DNA of 32,000 bases from Candidatus Saccharimonadota bacterium (GTDB lineage: Bacteria > Patescibacteriota > Gracilibacteria > BD1-5 > UBA6164), in assembly GCA_965229705.1 (NCBI GenBank), contig OZ245922.1:390001-422000 (forward strand). The letters run 5' to 3'. The position numbers and the translations under genes are program-made. Shown in pieces: positions 1 to 12,768 of the stretch (position 1 is the stretch's first letter; each line of letters opens with the position of its first letter). The notes under the pieces were generated by a model. That model searched no databases and had not been told where the DNA came from. It saw only the letters and a list, made by a program, of their open reading frames with translations.

Positions 1-1167
1 TCACTTGAGAGCATCTTTTCAGCTTATATCAATTACCTGTTGCAGGATGGCTATAATAGTCGGGATCGGCATCTGCGAAATATCTATATCAAGAAACACT
101 CATGGAGCTCCATCTATAGTTTTTTTCAGAGGATTTCCTGTGACATGGATGAGAGAACTGAGTCTCACTTGGGGTTCTCCATCAACTCAACCAAGCAGTT
201 TTCGAGAGATAAATGGATTAAATACCGTGCTCTTCCCTACCACTATCTCCCACATCTTTTTTCACTTACACAGAGAGCGTATATTCTTGTGAATCTTTTT
301 GGCTCTTTGTCTGCCCAAACACTCAAGAAAATACTCAAAACTTTTATTCTCCCAGTTATCTCCTGTAAGATCTCTCATAGATTTTCGGATAGCTGTGATA
401 CCGTTTGATCGAGGTCAGATAATACCGTTTTGTTCTTTTTCTTGCAGTCCAATGATGCTTTGTCATGGTCTCAGTGCAAAAAGTTTCTCTCAAGGCGAAG
501 TAATACCTAGCGATGTCCCGGCTATATTGAACTCTATCTTTTGAAGTATATGTTCTATTTTTTGGAGGATAGCATCTTGCAGAGTTGTTTCTCGTCAATA
601 TCAAAGACACATAGCAATGTTAAAAGTTCATTTGATACATTCTATTATTTCTTGAGTTGATTTTGAGTTTCATAAAACTGCTGTTTCTCAAGCAATAATC
701 ATAATATCATTTTCTCGTATCACATTTGCCATAGCCTTTGCCATACTATCTGAAAAGAGTTTTCCTCTTTTCCCACTAAGATGGTTGATATCAATAATAT
801 TTGTTACTGCAACAGCCATTTCTCATTTTCTGAGATCATCTGTATTCATCGCAATAAGATCATGAAGCATTCTCTCCCAAATATCAATAGATTTTTCAAG
901 GAGTTGTTTATCGTTAATGACTCATCTTTCATGCTCTTGAATATATCACTCAAATGCTTGCGTGTAAATCTGCACTTTTGTTCCTACACCATCAATGCTT
1001 TCTTTTGTTGAGTATCATGGGAGTAAAATACCCGTTTTATCGAAATACTTTACCACGCTTGTCTCTTCATTTGCCGCTTGGCAGGCAGATAGAAAACTCT
1101 TCGAAACCTCATCTCCCGACTGTACTACTCATACGCTATAATCGTGCATTGTATTGCCTGTTTGCAT
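1..1167 (-). CDS. purM: phosphoribosylformylglycinamidine cyclo-ligase (AIR synthetase); C-terminus runs off the window start
   Basis: The minus frame from ATG at 1167 to position 1 has no TAA/TAG (checked line by line) when TGA = Gly. The translation MQTGNTMHDYS...SIDGVGTKVQIY...HDLIAMNTDDL...IIAGETAVL...GPRSNGITAIRK...IHVTGNPL carries PurM hallmarks (DGVGTK, AMxxxDL, GETA). It starts 23 nt downstream of the purL stop. Confidence 0.85.
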
Positions 1168-1189
1168 GTTTCTTAATAATAAAGATGTA

Positions 1190-4100
1190 CTAATTTCCTT
1201 TCATAGAATGAAATATTCCTTCAAAAAGAGGAAAGTGTTTCTCTCATGGGATATTTCTAAAAACATTTTTTCCTTTTCTCTCTGGATGTGGCATCATTCA
1301 AAGTATCCTTCCATCTGGACTCGTCAGTCCTGCAATAGCGTGATCTGAACCATTATACTCATCGGTTGGATTTCCTCTATAATCAACATATATCATTGGT
1401 ATCTGTCATTGCTGAGAGTACTGATCAAATCTTTGCTGTGGTATAACAACTCGTCATTCTCCGTGGGAAATAGGTATTGTATAATACTCTTGAAGATGAA
1501 CTTGACTCATTGCTGGAGAAAGAAGAGAACGAATCTCTAACTTTACCAGTTCTGTTTGATGACGCATACTGCTATTGAAAGTAAGCGTTTCGTCACTATG
1601 AGTGAGATAATCCTTTACTTTACCATTCTCAAAAACTCAGAGCTTTATCAGAGCCTGAAAACCATTACAGATACCCAGCGTCACGGTTCACTTTTTCTCA
1701 AGAAATGCTTGAAAACTCTCACGAATTTCAGAGGAACGCATGATATTTGCGATATATTTTGCACTTCCATCTGGCTCATCACCATTTGAGAATCCTCATG
1801 GAAATACCAGTAAATGAGTAGAGCTGAGTTTATCAGCAAAAGTTTTTCGTGATCTTTGAAAATTTTCTACTCCATGAAGTGTTTGAAATACAAATTCTTC
1901 TACCTCAAACCCCGCCTGCATCAAGGCGTGGCGTGTATCAAGCTCTGAATTTGTTCCCGGAAATACTGTTATAAGCGCTTTTGGTTTGCATGATAATATT
2001 TCTGAAGTATCGAGTTGTACTCTTTGTTGATAGCGGTGTATTACACTTTCTCCTTGCAGGAGAGTATTTGTATTCTCCGATGGAAAAACATTTTCTAACG
2101 CGCTACGAAGTATATTGTGAGCCTCATCAAGACTCAAGTTTTCGGTTTGATCCTTCCATGTCAGAAAGGGGTTTTCTTGTGTTTTTGCAATTTGGTATGT
2201 TTCGAGTCATTGTTCTTGCACTGTTTGAGGAGAAACTTCCAATACTATATCTCAGAGCAAAGGAGCATACAGAGTATCGTCATATTTTTCAAAATGCACT
2301 CCTATCTTATTTCCAAGTGACATATTTACTATAGCTCCGTAAACACCAGACTCTTCAACCACACTTGAAGAAAAAATACAGCCTGAAGATATGAGTTTTT
2401 GAATAGTGATAAGCATCTGCTTGTACGCATCAAAGTCTGGTAGACTTCCTTGCAGTTTTGGTATAGGAAAATGTAGTATAGCGTTTCCAGGCTGTTTCAA
2501 CTCTGCTGAGACAACATTTTTTGTTTCAAGAGGACAATTTGCAAAACTCACAATTGTAGGAGGAACATCTATTCTTTCTCCATTTTTTCCGATATGAGTA
2601 CCACTCATAGAGTCTTTTCCTCCTATTGCTGCAACCTTGAGTTTCAATAGCGCTTCAAGTGTTCCTAAGAGTCAAGCATATACTTCTCCCCACTTTTCGT
2701 CATCTGTAAGTTTTCAAAAATATTCTTGGAGACTCAGCCATGTCTTTTGGTGATCTCCTCAGAGAGCAACTATTTTTGAGAGAGATTCTATGATAGTGTA
2801 TATTCATCATACATAACTATTTTCTGAAAGGAGTTTTGGGTTGTAGGAAAATGTAGAAGCAATACCGGTAAGACTCTCTCTTCCATCAAAGCTAGGAATC
2901 TTTGAGACCATTCATACTTGTGGTGAGTTTTGGTATTTTCACCCATAAGGAGCAAGAATCGTCGATGCTCAGACACTGTTATCAAAATTTCCATGAAGTC
3001 ATTTCTGAGACGCATGAGAGAGAACACCAAGATGTTTTTTCAGAATTTTAGCATGAGAAACATCTTGCTGTTTAGCATATACTGGCGGGTAAAAAAATAA
3101 TACATCTCCCTTTATATCTATCTTTGCTTGAGCACTTCTCGGAGCGCCATTTGTGCTCAGAAATTTTCGAGAAAGATTTACGGTATCCTTTCATTGATAC
3201 GAAATACGAAGTCTTTCTTCTCTTGATGCTTTTCATTGACTCATTACTTCTCCAGCAACAAAGCCATGAATATTTTCTGCTCGAATCATATCAAGAACTT
3301 CATCACACTCATCAGCAGATACAATAATTGCCATGCGTTCTTGAGACTCTGAGAGAAGAAGTTCTATATCACTAAGTCATTGGTATTTCACATGTTTTGC
3401 CACTTCATCAAGAAAAATATGGACTCCTTCAGCAATTTCTCACAGCGCAACAGAAACACCTCCTGCTCAAAAATCATTTGATTTTTTCACTTTTTTTGTA
3501 AATGCACTATTGAGCATGAGTCGCTGCATCTTTCTTTCTTCTACAGGATTTCATTTTTGTACATGCGCTCCGAGCGTTTCATGTGAGACTTCTCATGAAG
3601 ATTTACTCGAAGTACTTGCTCCTCAAACACCATCTCTTCCTGTTGCTCATCAAAATACGATAATTTTGTCTCAATGCTTTGGTGATTCTCTTACCAAGTC
3701 TTCTTCTTTTACAGCTGCTAGCACATAACCACACTCAAATCTTTTTGCTGCGTACCCTGGATGAAAAAACTCACGAACTCTCCCTGTTGCGAGTCCTATT
3801 TGATTTCCATAACTACTATAACCAAGCATAGCTCCTATGGATATGGCTCTTTGAGAAAGTTTTTCAGATAGAGTTTCACTTATTGGTTCTGTTGGGTTTT
3901 TTGCACCACTCACCCTCATCGCTCAAAATGTAAAGCTTCGTCCACTGAGAGTATCACGGATAGCTCATCACAGACAAGTTGCTGCGCCTCAAAAAGGCTC
4001 AGTCTCTGTAGGAGAGTTATGTGTCTCGTTTTTAAACATGATAATCCAGTCTTCCGAACTACCATCTGAGAAATTTATAGGAGTTTTATAAGATGCCGCA

Positions 4101-5032
4101 TTATCTTCGAGAGAAAGATCAAGGGCATCAACTCCTTGAAATTCATGATCATCTCAAAGAAATCTTGCGCTTCAAGTAGCAAGTTCCATAAGAGTGTTTC
4201 ACGGTTTTCCATGTTGGGTGCTTTTTTCTTGAAATGTTTTATGAGCTTGTATCAGGCTCTGTTGAGTTGCTGACTTATTTTCACATAAGTGTACGTCGTT
4301 CATCTGTGTAAAAAAAGTACTATGACGGCAATGATCAGACCAGTAAGTATCTATGAGAAGTATTTCTGCTTTTGTTGGATCACGCTGTTCTTCCTTGAGG
4401 AAATACCCATGAACAAGTCGTATATCATCTACACTCAGAGAGAGCTCATGATCTTGTATACATTTCTGAAAACCTGCATCATCAGAAATATCTCTAAAAC
4501 CTGTTAAGAGTATATGATTTTCGGGTTCTTGAAGTGATCTTTCAAGTCTTATATCACTCAGTGAAGATTCTTGTTTTTCATTTGGGTTAATAAGAAAGCC
4601 TGTGATTTTTTTTCGTTCATCTCTTGAGAGATCTCTTGAGAATTGTATCACTTGCTTCACACGAACATGATGGTCTTTCCCTGTTTGAAGTGTGAGATTG
4701 TCTTTTACAGCTTGCAGGCGAGCATCAAATTGCCCTGCTTGAGACTCAATTACGACAGTGTTTTCTCTTGAACCTTTTTCTATATCTTCACGAGAAAGTA
4801 GTATATCAACTGGCGCTTCTGAAAAAACGGTACTCTTTGCAAGGCTTAGTTCATCATCGCTGAGATCAGAAACAATATAATGTTCATATACATGTATTTC
4901 TCAAAGATTTTTGAGACCAAGATTTCATTCAAGGCTTGTTTGTAAATGTTTTCAGAGATCAACAATATGTTGACGCTTTTGTACAAAAATTTCAGATATT
5001 TCTCAAGCTTGTGTAGAAGAGGAATTGAGCAT
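1190..5032 (-). CDS. purL: phosphoribosylformylglycinamidine synthase, single-chain large form (about 1280 aa)
   Basis: Track ORFs 1796-2137, 2252-2647, 3671-3919 and 4199-4660 share one minus frame. The gaps between them contain only TGA, no TAA/TAG. ATG is at 5032 and TAG at 1190-1192. Motifs seen: YWSDHCRHSTFFT, KVAAIGGKDSMSG, and a C-terminal amidotransferase region with GGFSNGDEPDGS (first G is TGA at 1796-1798), GICNGFQAL, SHGEG and MPHPER. Confidence 0.95.
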
Positions 5033-5084
5033 TACTTGAAAGTAATAAATATTATTTTTTAGAATATTTTTATAATCTATAAAT

Positions 5085-5121
5085 ATAAAAAAACAAAAAA
5101 AAGTATCTTCAAGAGATACTT
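5085..5121 (-). terminator. Rho-independent terminator downstream of ftsH
   Basis: 8-bp perfect hairpin AAGTATCT-TCAAG-AGATACTT (5101-5121). On the minus strand it is followed by a long T-run (plus-strand A-run 5087-5100). It lies between the ftsH stop (5302) and the purL start (5032). Confidence 0.6.
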
Positions 5122-5301
5122 TTGTGTTAAAAAGATGTGAAAATATAGGGAAGCACGGAAAAATAGGAAATGTGTAAAAACAAGTAGTTCAAGGAAAATG
5201 CAACTTGGCTGAAATAAGCGTACTCATTGTACGAGTTTGAAGACAATGTTGCACTTTGACGATGAAATACGAAGTTTTTCCGCATTTCCATAGCAAGAAA
5301 A

Positions 5302-7194
<1,893 letters not shown>

Positions 7195-7332
7195 TTGTAT
7201 TTTGTAAGATATGTATATATTTAGTTTAAAGATAGTCATTTTTGGAAAAATGTTGGTACATAGTATGAGAAAGATATATTTTTCAAAACATCATGAATTG
7301 ACAGTAGTAAAAAAATATATCTTGTATCTCAC

Positions 7333-7445
7333 TTAAGGAAGCTCTAAAAAAGACATTTTTGTTTTCTCGAGACCGGTCTCGAGTTACTTATTTCAAGGAC
7401 TTGAGACCGGTCTCTTATAAAAGATTTATCTCTTTTTAAGAAATA
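7333..7445 (+). repeat. family-A palindromic element, copy A1 (right arm degenerate)
   Basis: TTAAGGAAGCTCTAAAAAAG...TTTTCTCGAGACCGGTCTCGAGTTACTTATTTCAAGGACTTGAGACCGGTCTCTTA... The core is identical to copy A2 and reverse-complementary to A3 and A4. It is intergenic, between the 319-aa orphan stop and the ftsH start. Confidence 0.9.
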
Positions 7446-7506
7446 AGTAGTTCCATAGCTTTTTCAAGGTCTTTGTGAAAGATCATGCATGACGATGTTT
7501 TGCATC

Positions 7507-8466
7507 TTACGTCTTTGTTGAAGATTGCTTATTATCATCTATCTCACTTTCCTCTCAAGCTTGTAAGAGAGGTTGTTCTCGCATAAACAAGCTCGCATAA
7601 TTTTCTCTATTATTTTGCATTTTTTCGCTCATTTCTCTTCCAAAGTCCTTATATTTTTTCAAAAGATCAAGATATCAGAAATCTTTTATTACTTTTGGTA
7701 TTTCTGTATCTCAAGGAAAAAATAGTTGAGCATATATGAAAAAAATCATTTTCATTCTTATCGGAAGTTCTCAGTCGTCTATGATATTTTCTATAGCATA
7801 CCAGCTCTTTTCTGGAAGATACACAGATCACATACGATACTTCTCGAGAATCACTTGGGGAACTGCTACTCAATTTGCTATAAGCTCTGTACAAAGAAAC
7901 TTTCAAGCGTTTATATGACTTAAAGCGTTCATATTTCACCTAAAATCTTCCAGAAGTCTTTCTCAGATTTCAAATGAATCAACTTTTGATAACCAAGAAG
8001 TGATGTTTACCTCCGTAACATGATCTTTGAGTTTATGTTGTTCTATGAACTTATAAACTTGTTCAAGTGTTTTTCACTCTGTCATAGCAAAAATTACTGA
8101 GGAATCTGCATTATAACCAGAAAAAAACTCTTCAAATACACTATCACGATCTTCTTGGGTTTCTAGAAAATTGAGAATCCTTGTAAGTGTTGGGATAGAA
8201 AGTGTAATATTTTTTCTTCTTGCTTCAAGAATTATTGCCTCTATATCTATATCATGCAGATCTCTGTCAAATTTTGTAAAAATATAATAGTCTGATTCCA
8301 CCACATTTCTTACTTCTGCACAAATCTGTCGTATTTTATGATCTTTATGTCATTCTTTTCATTGTAAAATCGAAGAAATCTCAGCTTTTGTCGCTCACAA
8401 AAGCTCTTTAGGAATGGGAAGTCATAAATCCTCTGCACGGTCTATGTAAGATAATCTTCAATTCAT
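7507..8466 (-). CDS. hypothetical protein (319 aa), no recognisable family
   Basis: Walked codon by codon on the minus strand. ATG at 8466 is preceded by an in-frame TAA, and TAA is at 7507-7509. It contains many in-frame TGA codons. Sequence MNGRLSYIDRAEDLGLPIPKELLGATKAE...FAMTEGKTLEQVYKFIEQHK...NKQSSTKT. Track ORF 8074-8304 is an internal fragment. Confidence 0.7.
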
Positions 8467-8508
8467 AAGCGTCAATTACTCATTGATTTATTATAAATTC
8501 TCATAATA

Positions 8509-8630
8509 TTAAGAAGGCTCTGAAAAAAGGCATTTTTATTTTCTCGAGACCGGTCTCGAGTTACTTATTTCAAGGACTTGAGACCGGTCTCTTACACAGG
8601 ATTTTTCTATTTCTCAGAACTTCCTTTAGG
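8509..8630 (+). repeat. family-A palindromic element, copy A2 (complete)
   Basis: TTAAGAAGGCTCTGAAAAAAGG...TTCTCGAGACCGGTCTCGAGTTACTTATTTCAAGGACTTGAGACCGGTCTCTTACACAGGATTTTTCTATTTCTCAGAACTTCCTTTAGG. The outer arms are inverted repeats of each other. It is intergenic between divergent genes. Confidence 0.9.
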
Positions 8631-8686
8631 AAACTCTGAGAATAATTATACACAAAAAAGACATATATCAAGTAAAAAATAAATAA

Positions 8687-10402
8687 ATGCAACACCTCAA
8701 GATACATATAGAAAAACTTGAACTCTCTTGAGAACTTATTCTCAAAGATATTGCACTCACTATCAATAAGAATGATACTATTTCTATAGTATGACCAAAT
8801 GGTTCTGGAAAAACGACTTTTCTCAAAACATTGATTTGAGATATTGTAGAGTATCATGGTTATATAGAAAATGTCTGAAATATGAAGCTCTGATACCTTC
8901 AGCAAGTGTATGGGGATAACGAGGGAAAAACTGTTCATGAAGAGCTCAGAGATGCTTTTACAGAAATACTCACACTTGAGAAAAGAGTAAAAGAACTAGA
9001 AGAAGAAATATGAGAAAATCATAGTCTCATAGCTGAATATACTGAACTGCTAGAAAGATGTAATAATATTTGAGGATATGATTATGAACATACTATCCAC
9101 TCAGTAAGTCAGTGAATATGAATACTTCATCTATTAGAAAAAAAACTCAGCGAAATATCATGATGACAACGAGCAAAGGTTGCTCTGGCAAAAGTTCTTT
9201 TGGAATCTCCTGATATGCTCTTTCTTGATGAACCTACAAATTTTGTTGATATGGCAAGTGTTCAGTGGCTTGAGTGATACCTCAAACATAAATGGAAATG
9301 ATGATATGTTATTGTGTCTCATGATAGAGAATTTCTTGATACAACCTGCCAAAAAACTCTTGAAATCCAACCACAAAGATCAGCAACTATGTATCACACA
9401 AATTATAGTGAGTATGTTATCGAAAGAGAAAAAAGAGAAAAAAAGAAACTCGATGAATATGAAAGACAAGAAGAGTATATTTGAAAACAAAACCAGCTTA
9501 TCAATCGTTTTCGAGCATGATCGAGAGCAGGTTGGGCAAAAAGTCGAGAGAAAATGATAGAAAAAATGGATAAGCTTGAAAAACCCTTTATCCCAAAAAA
9601 AACAAAATTTTTCTTTGATTATTTATGAGAATCACCAGAAAAACTACTAACATATAAAGAGGCTTTTATTGGAAGAAAAAAAGCATCTCCCCTTTTTTTT
9701 ATTCAAGAGATTATCCTGCATAAATGAATGCGCGTCTGAGTTGTATGAGAAAATGGTGTTGGAAAATCAACATTTATCAAAACTATTCTTGGTCATATTC
9801 CCCTACTTGATGGATATCAGTCATTGTGAAAATCTACCAAGATTGTATACTATTCACAAATGCATGAGGAACTCAAGACACATCTTTCTATGCGAGATAA
9901 TTTTCATCAGCATGGCATATGTCTCCCCGATGAACACTTGACAGCTCTGATAAAACATTATCTTTTTGAAAAAGAAGACCTAGATAAAAAAGTCTGTGAA
10001 CTTTCATGAGGACAAAAAAGTAAGTTCTTGTTTTGTATTCTAGGTCAAAAACCGGCAAATCTCTTGGTACTTGATGAACCAACAAATCATCTTGACTACG
10101 ATACGCGGGAATCTCTCGAGTATGCTTTGAGTCAATATGAGTGAAGTATCCTCTTCATTTCTCATGACAGGTATTTTGTGAATAAGCTTGCCAGTCATAT
10201 TTGGTTTATAGACAATGCTGAACTCTCGCTTTCATATGGAAACTATGAAGACTATCGTTTTAAAAAAGAACATCGTCTTGATATGGATATGCATATTTTT
10301 GATGAGCAAGCAGAACTCAATCTTGTACTTGAAGAAAAGCTCTGAGAAAAAGAATTTAAGCGTCTCAAAGAAAAGTTTGGGAAGAAAAAGAAGAGAAAGT
10401 AA
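8687..10402 (+). CDS. ABC-F family ATPase (two ABC domains, no TM; translation-factor/ribosome-associated type), 571 aa
   Basis: The frame is open from ATG 8687 (an in-frame TAA lies immediately upstream) to TAA 10400-10402, checked line by line. Two Walker A motifs are present ([18 protein letters not shown]). Two ABC signatures are present: LSGGQRAK with GG encoded by TGA TGA at 9161-9166, and LSGGQKSK with TGA at 10007-10009. A charged linker and a K-rich tail complete the protein. Confidence 0.93.
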
Positions 10403-10403
10403 G

Positions 10404-10598
10404 TTAATACTCTCCCCTTTGCACTCTCTGAATCTCAGCAGATACTTCATCAATATGACACTCATATTTTTCCATTTTTTGAAGAGCATTTGGTTGCCAG
10501 TACAGATTTTGGCAGTAGTTTGCATGAAGTATCTTGACATCCTCTGGTGTAAACCCATAAGGAGCAGCAAGTAAAATAAGTGTTGAGAGAAAGTCCAT
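10404..10598 (-). CDS. small hypothetical protein (64 aa), uncertain
   Basis: ATG 10598 to TAA 10404-10406, converging on the ABC-F stop with a 1-nt gap. Sequence MDFLSTLILLAAPYGFTPEDVKILHANYCQNLYWQPNALQKMEKYECHIDEVSAEIQRVQRGEY. No family is recognised. The call rests only on ORF integrity and non-repetitive composition. Confidence 0.35.
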   Translation of the reverse strand: MDFLSTLILLAAPYGFTPEDVKILHANYCQNLYWQPNALQKMEKYECHIDEVSAEIQRVQRGEY

Positions 10599-10715
10599 AT
10601 GTTTAGGTGTCTTATATTCTTTTGTTTTTCTTGCAAAAAAGAATACTAAAAAATCTCGTAAAATACATATAAAAATATATACTTTTTTACTCGGAAAGCA
10701 ACGTAATAAAAAAAA

Positions 10716-10743
10716 TTGATTTTTTAGTTCCGCTCTTTATACT
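10716..10743 (+). promoter_or_regulatory. candidate sigma-70-type promoter for tRNA-Lys
   Basis: TTGATT (10716-10721), 16-nt spacer, TATACT (10738-10743), about 58 nt upstream of the tRNA. Confidence 0.35.
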
Positions 10744-10801
10744 CCCTCTGCTCATAAAAAATGCGTGTTTTATATGCAAAATGATGAAATACTTCAAAAA
10801 A

Positions 10802-10877
10802 GGATTCATAGCTCAGTTGGTAGAGCACTCGCCTCTTAAGCGATAGGTCCCGAGTTCGAGCCTCGGTGAATCCACCA
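10802..10877 (+). tRNA. tRNA-Lys (anticodon CTT), CCA encoded
   Basis: Cloverleaf read by hand: acceptor GGATTCA/TGAATCC, D arm GCTC-AGTTGGTA-GAGC, anticodon loop CTCTTAA, T arm CCGAG-TTCGAGC-CTCGG, then A + CCA. Confidence 0.92.
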
Positions 10878-10898
10878 TTTGTGATTATTGCATTCTCG

Positions 10899-10943
10899 AA
10901 AGGCTTTCATAGTAGGGATTTCCTCTATATAAAGCCTTTTTTT
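10899..10943 (+). terminator. hairpin plus T-run after tRNA-Lys
   Basis: AAAGGCTTT (10899-10907) pairs with AAAGCCTTT (10931-10939) and is followed by TTTT. The loop is long (23 nt), so this is moderate evidence. Confidence 0.5.
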
Positions 10944-11098
10944 ACTATCTACTTTGAGTTCGACAGATATTTTTCATATCCATAATAATTTTGTATCGTT
11001 ATTCCACTTTTTCCAGTAATGGTGAAAATTTGTAAGGAGTTCGGCGGATTCACTCGATCTATTTTTGAGACATATAAATAAAAAATGTATACATATAT

Positions 11099-11127
11099 TT
11101 GACATACGTAAAAAATTATCATAATAA
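11099..11127 (+). promoter_or_regulatory. candidate promoter of the 493-aa gene
   Basis: TTGACA (11099-11104), 17-nt spacer, TAATAA (11122-11127), 34 nt upstream of ATG 11161. Confidence 0.45.
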
Positions 11128-11160
11128 CGGTAAATATTTTTTACTTATAACTATTTTTTT

Positions 11161-12642
11161 ATGAATGGAGATTTATACAGATGAGGAGAAAAAGATGCCG
11201 AGTTCTTTTGGTGATGAGAAACAGATTATCAGCTCCTAGTGAGAAAACACGCTTGAGAAAAGTGAACACCTATCTTTTTAGCAAGTTCAGATAGACAAAT
11301 CCCTCAAGAACAAAAAAAAGAGGCACCCCTCAAAGTGACAAAAATCCTTGATAATGAAACAGCTCTAGCAGTCCAAAATGTAAAAAAACTCCGGGAAACA
11401 ATATCTCCAGAAGAAGTAGATCCTTTTGGGTATATCCTTGAGTTTATAGATTTTTTTGGAGAAATAACTACTCGGTGAGAAGACTGAGAAATAAAAAAAT
11501 ATCTCGGCATAGATGGTATACATACATTTCAAAGCTTCTTGGAAGACCTTGCAAGTGCAAAAGCATCAGAGAAGAAGCTTCGTCCTATACTCAATAGATT
11601 TGCGCAAAAGGGATTCCTCTGAAGACTCTCATATATCACCTCACAGCTACAAGCAACGGTTGCCTGAGAAGCATTTACTGATTGGCGAAGCTTCCTCCAG
11701 AGTTTTAATGCACCTTACTCGTTTGTGGATCAGTTGAATCTTATAGAAATAGAAAGCATTTGATCAAGCCAAAGCACTTCTCTATTTTCTTTTGAAGAGG
11801 TACTCGACAGTTTCACAAAAGATGATAATATATCTCACGCTAGCTCTGCTATTAGAGTATCTATGACTCCCTCATGTATTTCATATATAGATAAGCATTT
11901 CGGTATTACGCAAGCTATATTTCAAGAACAAATGGTTCGTGAGTCATGAATACTTCAAGAGTGAGAAAATATTAAGTCTGTTAAAAGTAGATATCCTCTT
12001 TTACCATCAGATAAAATATATCTTGTAACAGAAAAAGATACTGAGTGAAATACAAAGAATATTAAAGTATACAACCATCTTGGTCAAGTGACTACGGAGT
12101 TTGCTGTTCGAAATATTCCTAAAGTACCTCTAAAAGAAGCTGAAAAATCTATCAAGCTTCGTGACATCGTACCTCCTCAAGATCAAATAGACTATGATGA
12201 GTTCCCTCATTGTCGAGAGTGGGTAGACGGCTTTCTAGCGTGACCAAACTCACAGTTAAACCTTCCTGACTGTATAAATAACAATTGAGATATTATTCAC
12301 CCAGCTACTGCGCTCAAAGAGTTTACGGTCTTTCGCCTCAGTATGCTCAAGCAAATAGGTGATGAACATCCTATTAATCAAGAGATAAGAAAATCTTTTC
12401 CAAGAGCTATAAGCTTTTATCCCGAAACTGTAAATCTCAAATGGAACTTTGGAAGTATTGAAATCAATTTTCAAAGCCCTCTGCTTAATAAACCAGGTTT
12501 TACATTCACAGGTACCCCAGAGGTTTCTATTACTTGATTTCAATACTCAAAGAAAAAATGAGTAGACGCAGTAAGAGCGACTGTCGAAGTTACCTCAAGT
12601 GATGGTGTTCCTCTTGCGGGGTATAGCATGACGATTGTATAG
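11161..12642 (+). CDS. hypothetical protein (493 aa), visible only under code 25
   Basis: Every codon was read from ATG 11161 (two in-frame TAA just upstream) to TAG 12640-12642. There is no TAA/TAG and roughly half of the Gly codons are TGA. Sequence MNGDLYRGGEKDAEFFWGGETDYQLL...FTGTPEVSITGFQYSKKKGVDAVRATVEVTSSDGVPLAGYSMTIV. No family is recognised. A terminator follows. Confidence 0.75.
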
Positions 12643-12672
12643 TAATATTTTTCTCAAGGGAAAATACATATC

Positions 12673-12700
12673 ATTCCTGCTCATGCAGGAATTTTTTTAT
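12673..12700 (+). terminator. Rho-independent terminator
   Basis: ATTCCTGC-TCAT-GCAGGAAT (perfect 8 bp) followed by TTTTTTT, 30 nt after the TAG of the 493-aa gene. Confidence 0.7.
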
Positions 12701-12740
12701 ACAAAGACTTACCTACTTTGTGAAAAAGTAGAAAAAAAAT

Positions 12741-12768
12741 TTGACAACAAAGCGAGGAGAGCTAGTAT
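12741..12768 (+). promoter_or_regulatory. candidate promoter of the 86-aa gene
   Basis: TTGACA (12741-12746), 16-nt spacer, TAGTAT (12763-12768). Confidence 0.45.

Noticed and set aside
5033-5092. Purine riboswitch upstream of purL
   Set aside because: Only about 60 nt separate the purL ATG from the ftsH terminator. This is too short for an aptamer plus expression platform, and no purine-riboswitch core sequence is present.
5128-5301. About 175-nt gap between the ftsH stop and its terminator, containing a 54-aa ORF (MEMRKNFVFHRQ...)
   Set aside because: The ORF is hydrophobic and low-complexity with no start context or homology clues. The gap is more simply a long 3-prime UTR. There is no repeat or conserved-looking structure beyond a 5-bp hairpin.
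8570-8938. Track ORFs antisense to or overlapping real genes (8570-8938, 10232-10636, 14180-14677, 19569-19982, 20166-20600, 26288-26641, 27642-27980, and plus-strand ORFs across purM/purL/ftsH)
   Set aside because: They overlap code-25 genes that have strong motif support on the other strand or frame. Their translations are low-complexity or Cys/Phe/Ser-rich nonsense. 27642-27980 runs straight through tRNA-Ser and repeat units.
11031-11060. Possible duplicated 3-prime fragment of tRNA-Lys (GGAGTTCGGCGGATTCACTCGA) marking an island boundary
   Set aside because: Similarity to the tRNA-Lys T arm/acceptor (GAGTTCGAGCCTCGGTGAATCCA) is patchy with indels and is only about 160 nt from the tRNA. 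This is not enough to call an att site.
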